Shown here piece after piece: positions 1 through 26,600 of a stretch of 64,000 nt of DNA; position 1 is the first letter of the stretch; each line of letters begins with the position of its first letter. Both the position numbers and the translations under genes were made by a program. Source of the stretch: Oikopleura dioica (taxonomy: Eukaryota; Animalia; Chordata); assembly GCA_907165135.1 (NCBI GenBank), contig OU015567.1, positions 8,122,001-8,186,000 of the forward strand, written 5' to 3'. The notes below the pieces were generated by a model, which ran no database searches, was not told the DNA's origin, and saw only the letters and a program-made list of their open reading frames with translations.

Positions 1-345
1 CTTCGAATTCGAATCGTCAACAACTCGGGCAAAGAAGACGATGGAGATACTGGTACTTGGACATTTCTGATCATTTCTAACTTAAAATTCTAGCAGAGGA
101 TAAAATGGAAGACGACACTTTCCTTCGCTATATTGAAGCTAATATTCTATCCGACATGACACTGAAGGGAATCGAACAGATTACTAAGGTCTATATGAGC
201 ATGCCCAAGGAAGAGTCGAAAAAGAAAATCATCATCAACAAAGAGGGTGAATTCAGTGCGATTCAAGACTGGATTCTAGAGACTGATGGAACAGCACTTA
301 TCAAAATTTTGAGTCACCCAAATATTTGTGGAATAAGGTGAAAAT
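1..345 (+). pseudogene. 3'-truncated duplicate of RPB1 internal exons (window starts inside it)
   Basis: Near-identical to 12646-12990 (offset 12645), including the 41-bp intron. ORF 105-341 has the same protein as ORF 12750-12986. Similarity stops just inside the following intron and no downstream RPB1 exon is present in 346-757. Confidence 0.7.
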
Positions 346-757
346 CGTAGCTTTGGGAGGGGAGGACGCGCCTATTTCCGTCAATCTCTTGCCGTATGAA
401 CCACATCGCGCCAGTGGAGATTAAAGTTCATCTTAGTCAGCGTTCTATTCTGAACATATTCTTGAATGATTCTGATCTTATTCCGTAGATTCTTTTTGCT
501 CAAATATATTTATGACTGTCAATCGATTTCTTTCATGATTTACTACTAAATCGTCTTTACAATAAATTCTTTGTGAGGGAAGCCAACAAAAGCAGCAAGA
601 AAAGGATGCTTGTATGAAATTTCAGCATTGAAGGAAAAACAAAAAGAAAACTTGAACAAACTTGTCACTGATAATGTGATAAGCTCATCACGTTGCGTAC
701 TCTGGCACCCGCTTTTCTATCCCTTTTTTTCTGGAAAGAGAAATAGCAAGAAGTTGC

Positions 758-14898
<14,141 letters not shown>

Positions 14899-14917
14899 CA
14901 CACTGTTTTTGCGCAGT

Positions 14918-14923
14918 AATAAA
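14918..14923 (+). promoter_or_regulatory. Polyadenylation signal of RPB1
   Basis: AATAAA about 20 nt after the stop codon. Confidence 0.6.
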
Positions 14924-15461
14924 AGTTTATTCTCAGAAGAAAGAAAGTCTCGTTGTTTGCATTTATATTTACATCAAGTCTGGTTGCGTTAACCTACTCG
15001 TAATTCAAAATTACAATTTATATTTTTGAATATAATTACAATAATATTTTCAGATGACCGGTAATTTAACTATTGGTATTTACGATTTTACGAGTAGAAA
15101 AAAATACAAAGAAAAATTAAACTGAATTAATGAATAAAGAAATTTACAAGGAGTTTTGACAACCAGTCAGTCAAATTGACGGTTCTTAAATTGATCAAGG
15201 GGAGAAATTTACATGGAGAAAAATGATAATAGCTCAAGGTGTAGCAGAGCAGCCATAATTTCGTTTTGGGAGAAACAGACTGTCTAGATAATATACACAT
15301 TGCTTCGTCGAAAAATTGAAGAGCAAATGTGTTCCATTCAGAAAATCTGCTAAATCTCTCAAAGTTCCACTAAAAATTACAAAGGCTTGTTTTTATCAAA
15401 ATCAAAATTTTACACGAAGCCTAAAAATTTGAAATCTAAAGAAAACGAGTAAATTCACGGC

Positions 15462-18400
15462 TTAACGGTAATCGTACGAGCTGTCTGAGAACTGTGAGCT
15501 TCTGTCAGAGTCGAAGGAGCTGTCGGAACTGGACGAGTATCTTCGTGCTCGGCGACTGTTGTGGCGTTTGGTGCGCTCGGCGACTCGGGATCGCGACTTT
15601 GCGCTCGGTTGGGGTCTTTTCGAGCTTTTGTTACTGTTGCTACTGCTGTCTTATACTGATTAACGGCCTATTGAGACCAATATTTTGACAATTGGCCGTT
15701 CAAAATTTTCGTTAATCTTCAAAATATAAAGCTCCGTTCCTTAATTTTGGTCTGGAAATGACCGCCTTGGTTGGTGCAATATCAATGGGAGTGCACAAAC
15801 TTGGCTTTTGAATCGGTTCTGGTTGAGGCATCAGCGATGCTGGAAGCTGAATCGGCCGATGAAAAGAGGGAATCTGCGGCACTTGCGTTGAATGGGTATT
15901 GTCTGAATTTTGCAATAAGAATAAGGCCGGATTGTGAAATAAAGGGTTGTATAAAAACCGCTTTGTCCGAATAGTCAACATAATTTTTAAAATAGCCATT
16001 TTAATCTTAGACGAATAAAGAGTCTCTTAGCGCCCTGAAAAGAATTATAGAACGCTTTGCTCGGGTCCCTGCTTGCTGCCAAAATACTTGCCAAACAAAG
16101 TCGGCCAGTTACTTAAAGTAATAATATTTTAGGCGCAAACAGAATCCTGCGCTAAAAGGAGAGAAACTCCGATTCGATGAATTCAGATGACGACGCTTCG
16201 TATAAACAGCACTTTAGATAACCGCTTTGCTAATGCTAGTATTTTTGAAATAGCTAACAATGTTGAAATATTTTTCTCAGATACTGGACTTAAAAGTTCG
16301 CCAAGAAGAATACTTCTGACGTTGGTAATGTTGGGTTGTAAGAAAACAGGGGTAGTTAATTATTTTCTCGTCGGAAAGAATCGGCTTTTAATAGTCACTT
16401 TTGGGGATCGTTCTTAAGGTCATCGCATTCTTAATAACTCGATTGAAGAATCCATGTCGTGGATCTACTTTTGGCCGGATAAGTACTGTTTATGTAACTC
16501 TAGCGTGTAGTCTATCCTACAATGTTTTATCGTTGTTTAAAGAATGAACAATCTAAAATTAATGGTCTTATAAACACTTATAAGCAATGTAAGAAAAAAT
16601 GGCTTACCAGAAAAGTCGCCTTTCAGATCAGAAAATGTTCCAATAGAATCCACATCGTAGGCCCTCGTCACTTCTGTAACTTGTGACTGAGCATATTTCG
16701 AGCTTCTGCGGCAGAAAAACACGATGATCCCGACGAAAATCGTCAACAAAACAGCAAGAGGAGCAATGATCATGTTTCGTAATTCACCGAGCCAGTCGCA
16801 TATTTCCGACGATTGCAGTCGGAACAGTACTTTTTCGATGTGTTCTCCATCTAAATCAATTTAGGGTTAATTTTTGACCTCTGACCGATCTCAGCGATCT
16901 GACTCAGCAAAAAAAGCTTGATTTGTTTAGAAAATATTCAAATGAGATGTTCATCAAAGTGAATTTGTTATCTGAAGATTCAATTTAAAAAGATACAAAC
17001 TAAAGTGTACCTCTAAGAACTCACAATTTTCCCATGCTCAAAAGAGGCTTCAAAAAAGAAAATTCAGTTAGTTGAGCCTTCGTTTCTGATTTTCTTGGAG
17101 AAAGAAGCTCTTATCTTAATGTTTTAAAAGTTTTTGTTTAGAATACTTGCGGTAGTTTTGTTTCTTGTTTTCGGGCCTTTGAACGGTCTTAGAACGGGTT
17201 GAATGATTTAATAACAAAATAATCATTTTTGGGGAGTTCAGTTTCCAATTTTGAAAACACGAGCTGACACGATTCGCCGCGAAATTCCCCACAAAGCTAC
17301 TAATCAATAAGCACTAATTTTATGGTCAGCGTAAACAGAATAAGTCAGGTTCTCGTTCAAAAAATTGGTTATAATTAGCCGCTTTCGTTTTCTTCTAGAA
17401 AAAGAGGATGGTAATGAGCACTTTCTTGGTTTAGTTCTTCACGTCCCCCCAGTTGATTTTTCTCACAGGGGAGTATGGTGGTTTCATTCTTTCTATTTTG
17501 AAATTCATACCTTGCGAAACTGTGCAGGACAGCTTGTGAGCACTTGTGAAGCGTAACGGGTATCTAGTCGCATAAGAGACCATGTGTCTCAACTCACAGG
17601 AGCACTCGAACGGGTTCTCTTCCAGTCGAATTTGATTCTTCATCCCGATCGGCAGCGGGAGAAACACCTTTGGATCGATGTGCGAGAGCCAGTTGCCGCG
17701 CAAGTCAACAAGTTCCAGCATTTTCAATCCGTCAAACGCGTTGCTGTCGATGTGAGCGATGCGATTGTTCCGAAGATTGAGGCTTTTCAACAACGTTAGG
17801 GTTGAAAACGAGCGAGCTTGGAGTTTTTTCAACGAGTTTGATTCCAGATCCAAAGTCGTCAAGCTTCCCAAACCATCGAAAACACCAGGCTCCAGTGATT
17901 CTAGCGCGTTGTGAGACATATTTAAGAAGGTTACTCGCGGTGTATCGAGGAAAACTTGTTTTAGGTTTTTGAAAATTTTCATTGATAAAAATTCGTTTTT
18001 TTTTTCAATAAATTTGAAGACCATTCCTTTATCAAAGCTTTCAATACTGTTATGCGCCAAATTCATCCATCTGAGCCCAACAAGTCCCTCAAAGGTTCCA
18101 TTCTTGAGCAGTTTTATCGAGTTCTTCGAAAAATCGATCGCTGCCAGTTTCGTGTGTGGAATACCTAAGGGTTTCAGCCCACTTACCGCGTTGTTACTTA
18201 AGGTTAGATATTCTAAATTCGGAAAGGGTAAAAGATCAGACAGTGAAAAGCTCTCTTCAATTTGATTTTCGCTTGCTTGGATGGATCTCAGCTTGTCGGA
18301 AGGTTGAATGGAGGTGATATTCTTCAGGCGATTATCTGAAAATGAAAGATGAGGGAGGATCTGATGTTTATCCGATTTGTAAATTGATTGGTATGTACCG

Positions 18401-18665
18401 AGCCGACATGTTATAATTTAAAACTCATAAACTTTCGGATCGTGCGGTCTTCGCGTTTTTATGGATCACCTTAAGAACTTTAAGCTAAGAGAAGAAAGAA
18501 CTGCTCTAGCTCAAAAGTAATTGATTAAGAATTTCTTATTTAAATCATTAGTATACTATTTCAGCGAAAACAAGTGAATTCGAACTACCCGTATTTTCAA
18601 GTTTAGAATTTAACACTGCTCTTTTCCACCATCTGCTCCAATGGAAAACAACAACAAACTAAGAG

Positions 18666-18705
<40 letters not shown>

Positions 18706-20647
18706 CCGACCACGTGCGACGCTCGTTTCAAGAGAGAAGGAATCACAATATCAAATATCCCTACACATATGTTCGCTCTCGAACGAGTTCAATAATATTT
18801 TCACAAGTTTGGAATACGTGGCCTCCTCTCTCAAGACTTAAAAGGGTTTTTCTAAAATTTTGATTTTACACAACTGTTGCATTTTTAAAAATACATCATG
18901 TGAACGCTAAGAGAAAATGCAGTTAACATTTGGTCATAATGTAGTTTGCGACAAAATATGTGAAAAAGGAGAGACATGACGATGGAACTCCGATTTCACA
19001 GCAGGTATCCGTAAAAATACCCATCTGTTTCAAAGGAGCCACAAGATCTGATTCATACGAAATACGGTTTTTCTTCTCTATTTTGGCCGAGATGCCAACT
19101 TTGAGGGGTCGTCACGTGGCAAAAATGAAGGAATTTTTCAAAAAGCTCTTGTCAATACAGTAAAAACCCAAAAATTAGCCGGTTTTCAGATGTAAATTCC
19201 CGAAAAAAGCGGCCAAATTTTGGGTTTTTTGCCGGGTAGCCAAGTTTCCCCTTCAAAAAGCAAAGTTTCGAAATTTTCGAAAATCGGCATGATTTTCACA
19301 TTTTTGATGAATTTTATTCAAATTTTTGCTTCTTTGAAGACATTCTTAGGAGAGTTAAGTCATTTTAAATGATTAAAACACTTTAAAAAAGCTCAAAATG
19401 AATCATTTTAAATGATCAGATATAGCATCATTTGGGCCTAATTCTGATGAAAATTTTTTTATTTTTGAAAAAGCGGCCAAATTTTGGGTTGATATCAGGT
19501 TCCAAAAAGGCGGATTTATACAAAAAGCGGCCAAATTTTGGGTGGGCAAATTTTGGGTTTTCACTGTAGTATGATCTAAGATAGATCTTAAATTCTAGCA
19601 CTTAAGGACATTCTCACTATTTACAAGTGCAGAGGAGTTCAAGCTCAAAGTAGGCCTGAGCGATAACTATACCCTTAAGCTATGGAATCTCTATCTCCGG
19701 GAGTACGAAATATCATGCTCTCTTGTATTGTGGAATCAAATATTAGCAGCTAAAATCACAAATGTAGTGGCTAACGGAAGACTAGAGCTACTACTTTGAG
19801 CTAGGTTATTATTTTGTATAAACATTTTCAATTTTCACTTCTCATTTAGTTCTTGATCAAATTTAGACTCAGAATAAGAAATGAGAGTCAGAAAAAGGTG
19901 AAGCAATAGTATCTTCTTCAATCTTGAATTTCCGAAATTGGGCTTTTAGCAAGTCAGTAATTAAGATCGCTGTCTTACCATTTAAATATATGTGAGTGTA
20001 ATCACGGTCGTCCATAACATCAGGCTGCTTCCACGTTGTCATCTTTTGGTCCCGCAGTCAAGCTGAAAATAAAGCGATAAAACTACGGTGCGAAGCGGGT
20101 CTTGCGGGTTTTTCTTTTTCTTTTACTTTGTATTCCGTTACGTGTGTAATTTTATTTTTAAGTTTTCACAGGCGCAGCAATTATCGATTCCGAGGAAGAA
20201 ATTTTAATGCCGCAAACCGACGTGTTGGGAAAGCGTTTATATCGCACCGCAGAGTGAATTCGACACTGAGAAAAGGTGGATAAAATGCGTGTTTTTAAAC
20301 GTGGCGAATTTACTGTAACTAAGGGTGTAGAGGTCGTTGAGCTTGTTTTTCAAGCTGACATTTTCGACTCGAAAAAATTTCTAGCACAAAAATAAAGCTG
20401 TCATTATGTTAAGCCTTTTAAAAATGCATTTTGTATTTTTACTCACGTGATTAAGTTCATCTGAGCAGCAACAATCACCGCAACTCTTCTCCAACAGAAC
20501 CGTATGCGGTTTGCTTGGATCGTCGTGATTGAAAAATTGACCAGTTTTTCCTTTGCAAAGGCTTGCTGGCCCTGTTTTTGAGTTGTTCGAATTGCCAGCG
20601 CTGATGGCCGGCGGCATGAGTTGTAAGATCAGTGAAACTATTTTCAT
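15462..20647 (-). CDS. Leucine-rich-repeat single-pass membrane protein, multi-exon
   Basis: Signal-peptide-like MKIVSLILQLMPPAISA plus Cys cluster CGDCCCS (ATG 20647). Extracellular LRRs in ~17540-18340 (e.g. LTTLDLESNSL, LKSLNLRNNRI) and an LRRCT cap (NPFECSC). TM exon IIAPLAVLLTIFVGIIVFFCRR (~16700-16770). Ser/Arg-rich last exon ends at TAA 15462-15464. Linking these exons into one gene is inferred. Confidence 0.7.
18669..18704. repeat. (AG)n microsatellite
   Basis: About 18 perfect AG units. Confidence 0.95.
19158..19566. mobile_element. Tc1/mariner-type MITE (409 bp)
   Basis: TA|CAGTAAAAACCCAAAAATT ... AATTTTGGGTTTTCACTG|TA, i.e. CAGT/ACTG termini with a TA TSD. Contains three internal AAAAGCGGCCAAATTTTGGGT copies. 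Confidence 0.8.
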
Positions 20648-23600
20648 CGTGCTTCTTATTGAAGCCTTGCTGTTGATCAGAATCGAAGTTTGGGGTCCGA
20701 AAAATTGAGAATGGGCTTCTTTTTCGCGGACAGATTTGGTGCCCTTGTCTTTGTTGATTCCAGACGGAGAAGAAACTTGAAGATGTCGGAAGGAAGTCTG
20801 AATAATAATTGTTAAATCGCTGATTTTCAAGGTGGACTTTGGTCATATTATCATTCTAAAGATATTACTATCGCTATGCATCCTTCTACAATGTATCCAC
20901 TTTTTACGTGAAAATTGTGGGTACCCCTCCCTTTCCGAAAAAGAAAAAGAATCGATGATTATATTATTACTCGATAGTGTCCGGTTTGTGCGTTTTCAAA
21001 ACCCCGAAATTTCGAAAATTTGAAAAAGAAAATTTTAGTTTCGGATTTGCCGTTTTGGCAGAGCACACGTCGCTAATGTAGATGCTACCACGCCTTTTCG
21101 CGAGTTTCTGACACAATCAAAAAATTCGTAATTTATGATACGTAAAAGCCCTCTAGAATTTCATTTTCAGCTTTAAATGTAAAAGGGAGGCGTAGATATA
21201 TAGGTATCACGCGAGATTAGTTTTAGAATATGTTATCCGCGAAGAAGTTGTGTCACTTTCTAGGTCGAAGGATCTGTTCCTAGGTAAGACGATTTGCTCT
21301 GACAAGTTTTTCCAAGTCACAAGGTACTTCCTTGAAATATCGTTCTTTACAAAAAAAGGCGCGTCAATTTTTCTAAGTTATGGTGAGAGTAGGGCTTTTG
21401 TTACGGTTTGAACTTTATTGGGTTAAATTTTCTTTTTGATTATTGATCATAAGAGCTAAACAAAAAGCTAGGGCTTAATAAGTAAAACGTGTGATTTTGA
21501 GAAAATTTGAAATTTTGAGAAAATTTGAAATTTTGAGAAATGTCTGTAATTATTGTTTCGCTATTCTCTGTCATTTTTTGCTTGTCTCGGTTAATTGTTT
21601 TTGTACTTCGAACTATTGATTATTCGAACTACCTAAGTTAATGTTAAAATAAGAAATTAGCAGAGAGCCTACGTGTTTCCTCGTTGTCCCGAGTAGCAAT
21701 TTTATTTACGGCAAAATATCGTATCAAGTTTAGTGTATTTGGAACGCGTCAACTTACGGTTTGCATAACTGCTGCCGAAAATCCAGTTTATAAATACGTT
21801 AAAAGTTTAAATGGCAAATTTGCAAAGTTGGCTTTGAGAATCGAATCGAATCGTTATGCAAGCGTAATGAAAACGAGGGGTATTTTTACGCTCTATTGAA
21901 CTTACTATTGAGATAAAAACTAGTCAATAAGTAAGCTAACTTAGCTAAGAAAGAGAAAGAGGGAGAGTAATTTAAAATGAGTGAGAAAAATATGAAAAAA
22001 GACGGTGAAAAAGATACAGGAGAGAGTTTATGTGACTGCCAGACAATTTGATAAGCGCTTTTGTCTTATAAGAAAGTACCCATCACCCGATTTTCAAGGA
22101 GACTTATCTCACAGAAGGGTTCAAGGAAATAAAATTTCAACCCTTATTTAGCTCCTAACCCTAACCCCAACCCTTACCCTAGCGCTTGAAAATAGACCTT
22201 ATTGCCTACGTTTGTTCGTGAGAACTCCTTATTCACGGAAGCTTATTGACGTATAGACAATAAGTCAATTAGTTAGAAGCTCAAGATTCGTAACCTTGGA
22301 TCAGCCGTAAACTATATAAAGTGATATTCAAAGTCCCTCCAGTTCCACCTCTGAAAAACAAAGAACGCTCTAGCTACGTCAATTTCCGAGAAAGGTAGAA
22401 AAAAGAAGAAGCATCCTCGTGTTTCTCTAAAATCAGCTGATAAAAGCAAAGAAAAAAAAAAGAAAAAGAACGGCGCAATTTTAGAAAGCTCGGATTTTCG
22501 CAGGGCTCCCTAAAGACGTTTTCAGAAACAACATCGCCGTGAAAAAATGCCGATTCAAAAAGCGCGAGCATCTTCGCCAGGTGAGGCCGAGTATTTTCGG
22601 TATTTTTAAGACTCGGTCAATGATTTAATTTCTTTATTAAGTTGAGGGAAGAAGCAATATTAGTAGGGGCCGAAATGTTTTGTTTTCTGTTGTTAAACCC
22701 GAAACAACTGTAATTTACGTTTCGGTCATTCTGAAAGCAAGCACTCAACATAAACAAATGGATCCGTAAACGGCTATTAGGAGCGGTTTATCAAAAAAAT
22801 TGCACAACAAAAATAATTGTCATAAGTAATTAGAAAATATGAGAAGAACCCTCTCCCCCCCTAATTGATAATAATAACCGAGCGAAATTGAATTAGCAGT
22901 TAGTGGAAATAAAACGTGAATCGCGCTTTTAAAAAAATATCGGAGAAAAGAAACAACTTCAAAGAAAAATCGCAATGACTCTAAACTAGCGAAAGAATTG
23001 TACAGCAAAAATGAAAATTTCAAGGCTGTGGAATCTGCCCTCGTCAAAGACTCAAAAGCAGGTATACTAGTTGTCTAATTCAGAAATCAAAAGAAAGGCT
23101 TTCAGAATCAAAAGCGCGGTTAGAAATTTTGAATTATAGAATCGGGACACGTGATTCTCGTTTGAAATATTTTTTCGGTAGCCGAGGTTTAATTCTACAA
23201 ATATAAAGCTGATTCTTTCGATAAAATAAGTACTCATAAATCTTTCTGTTTGGTAAGAAAAATATCTGGTAATTGACCAATCAGAAGGCTTGTTGAAAAC
23301 AGCCACTATCCGGAGAACCCCCTGTAGAAAAATAAATCTTGCTTCAGTTGCCAGAATCAAGGATCTGCTGAAATACAACGACCGATCGCGAAAGAAAACC
23401 GTCCAGAAGAATGAATCGGAAAGAAAGAAGTTTCAACGAAGCGAAATTCTCTATTTTCCAAAAGAGAGCCCACAAGGTCCTCCGATTGTCATTTCCATCC
23501 CTGAAGATCTTTCTCAGCTCGAACCGAATTAAACATCAAAGAGAGATTGATTGACATTTTTTTCTTCTTTGAGAGCTTCTTTATCTACTGTCACGACTGA

Positions 23601-26600
23601 CAGAAAAGGCGAAGAAAAGGAGAAAAAGAAGATAACGTGAAGAGTCTTTTTTTTTTCTCGTTTGACCGCGCCATCAATTCTCTCTCGCCGGAAATTTCGC
23701 GTTCTAATTCGTTTTTAACTTGCAGCAGCCTTTGACAGTCTTATCTTTCGCAGTATTGCTCGGATATGCCCATTTCCCGATTGAAGGCTCTCCCGACTGT
23801 TCTCTCTATCGGAGCAATTTAAAATGGATTAGGGAAGGTGAGAATGCATAAGTTCAGTCTATCAACATCTCGAGCTGCTCAAAATACAGTAATGAAAACA
23901 AACGTGAATATTAAATAAAACATAAAATGTTAAATTCCTCGAAATGAAGCGGAAAACGTGTTTTACAACAGAAAACTCAATGAAAGGATAAGCTGTCTAT
24001 TTGTAGTTTATACCCGAGGAACAAGAAAATCTCTTTCCGGAAGTTAGGGCCCTTTGCTTGTTTGAGTGTATATTTTTCTTTCGTTGACGGAAAGCGTAAA
24101 GCGTCCTTATTGGATACTGTAATTGCTAAAACTTGTCAAGTTTTATGCTCTAAAATTGGTAAAAAAGAGCGCTCTAAAAATGATTCCAAATAGAATGCCC
24201 CTTCGTACTTTGAAATTGTTCAAAACGTGATTTCCTGATTTTGATTTGTCGCGTGATTGTTCAAATCCGGCCAAAGTGGAGAAAAAAGGAACAGCTTCCG
24301 TGTCTCAGGTTAAAGCCAACTGAACTTGCCGCCGCGGAAAAAGTTCTTTTTCAACAAGTTTGACTTTTCCAAAGTAGCAAATTGAGTTGCAAAAATTGCT
24401 TTAGAAAAAAATTGTCTCTTTTATTAGTCAAAATTTCAACAAAAAGTTGCTTTTTCGAAAGAATCGTTGCTTACAACAACGGCTTTTTCGCCATCTAAAC
24501 GCACCCAAGTGACATTAAAGTAATTACTACTTAGAATTACTTCTCTAGGAGATTTTTCTTTCACGCAATTAATAATAACTAATTAGCGATTATTCATTAA
24601 TTACCCACCAATTCCAGCTGCCAATATTGTTTGATCCAAAAACTAGGAATACAAGAACGAGAAAGAGAAAAAGAGAAAATGTCAAACATCATTTCTCTCT
24701 CTGATCCCTGAATTGCGTGGCCGCACGTGGATCTGCTGTTTTCTGATGCTAATTTCAACCTCGTTTCTAGCGGATTGCCCCTGTCTTTCCCAAAAGAAAA
24801 GCGGGGGATCTATTTTTACATCCATGCTCTCTTTGTAGTACAAGTTGCTTTCATCTAAACATAAAAAAGAAGCAGCTTCAGTTCTTTGGCGTATCAGAAT
24901 GTCAGCGCTATACTTTTAATTCTTCTTTTATTCCAAAAAAGAAGAATCATCCTTTACTTTAACTAAGCAGCAAGATGGGGACTCCTTGACTCAACAATTC
25001 CACTTCATGTTCTCTTTTCCATCATTTTTTCTTCCTAGTGTCAAGCTGTACTACAGCAAGATAAGGCAAACTGAGGATATTGATAGAATCATATCTGAGC
25101 CTCTATATCGAACGATTCTCTATTTTAAATAGACTTTTATAAACGACTGAGATTAATATTCAATTAATTCGGGAAAATCTGAAGGGAAATGGCGACTGTC
25201 ACTACCAAGTGACTGCCAAAAACTACCAAATTCGATACTATTTATAATTTTTTTAGTCAAACTCAGTTCAAAACGGTCTTGTTGACATGTTGAACATATA
25301 AAAGAGACGTTATCCCAAATATAAATGTCTCTTTTGATATGCTCGCGTAAGAGGAAAATATGGCTACTGCCGCTAGCTCAGGTACGATAATTTGAGGGTG
25401 AATAATTTATTCAACAGAATCATCTTTAAATATCATCTATAATGGAAAACGACGGTTACGGATTATGACTGTACCGGTGTCAATACATAATCTTTTTACG
25501 TTTTCCATGACGGCCAGAGAATCATCTCTCTGTCCTATCCGGCAAGCTGTAGGCTCATGTCAAAAGATGGCATCACGATTCTTATGGCATGAAAATGAAT
25601 ATTGAGCTAAACTTATAGTTGAGCAGATGCGCGCCTAGCCGACGTCTAGATGTTCCTCCTCTATTCGCGAAGGCCAAATGATATCTTCTCAATCTAATCC
25701 CCAGGTGTGGGCAACTTTAGGACTAATACTGGACCCGGTCGCAGCAATATTCTCGTTCTTATTTAATAAAAGAAAGATTCTCCGTAATTGAGACAATCTT
25801 GAGCTAAGTCGAGAAATTCCGGTTTCATATTCCGGTAAATAATTATTTGAGAAAGGATTTTAACGTGGATCCACCGGATCTACCGTCAACCCCTCATTAC
25901 AAAAGTAAATTTGGCAACGTTGCCGTTTTCGTATTTGCAAATTTTAAAAACTTTCAAAAATGACTCTTTTTCTAAAAAAGTTGATTGTTCCAGCAGCAAA
26001 TATTTACGCCGTGGTGATGGTGATCGGGGATGAGCAGCTTTAGCGATTTACCCGTCAGCTTTTCTCAATTTCTTGCTGACAGGAAGATGCCTCTTTTGGC
26101 AAGTATTTAGCGCCAAATCGCAGCCACGAGTTTTCACGAATTCTGTCGAACATTTTGATCGAAATCTTCGATCTTTTCAAATTGCGATTTAGAAAAAATG
26201 ACTTGTCATAAATACCAGCGAAGAAGTCTAATTATTTCAATACTGTTATTTTATTTGAGAAGCAAGAATAAATTTAAGGGACCCGGCTCGATAAAGAGCT
26301 TCACAAGAATCGCTAAAGTTCTTTCGAAAAATTCGCAAGAAATCAAATTTCTTCGTTTTCTCGCTGAAAATAAACGAAATTTTGACAAGCTCTTTCATAA
26401 CTTAGCAATGGCGGAGGCAACTATTTAGTCTAAACGTCTCACACGAGGAGCGGTGATTTATTTTGAAATTTGGGACTTTTGAAATTTCTAACGCGCGCCC
26501 GTCAAACCGCGTTTTTTCACGTTTCTTGTTTAGCCAAGTTCTTGGGAAATTTATTTTGGTCTAGTTGCGACTTCGAAGGAAATATTTCAAAATCTTATTT

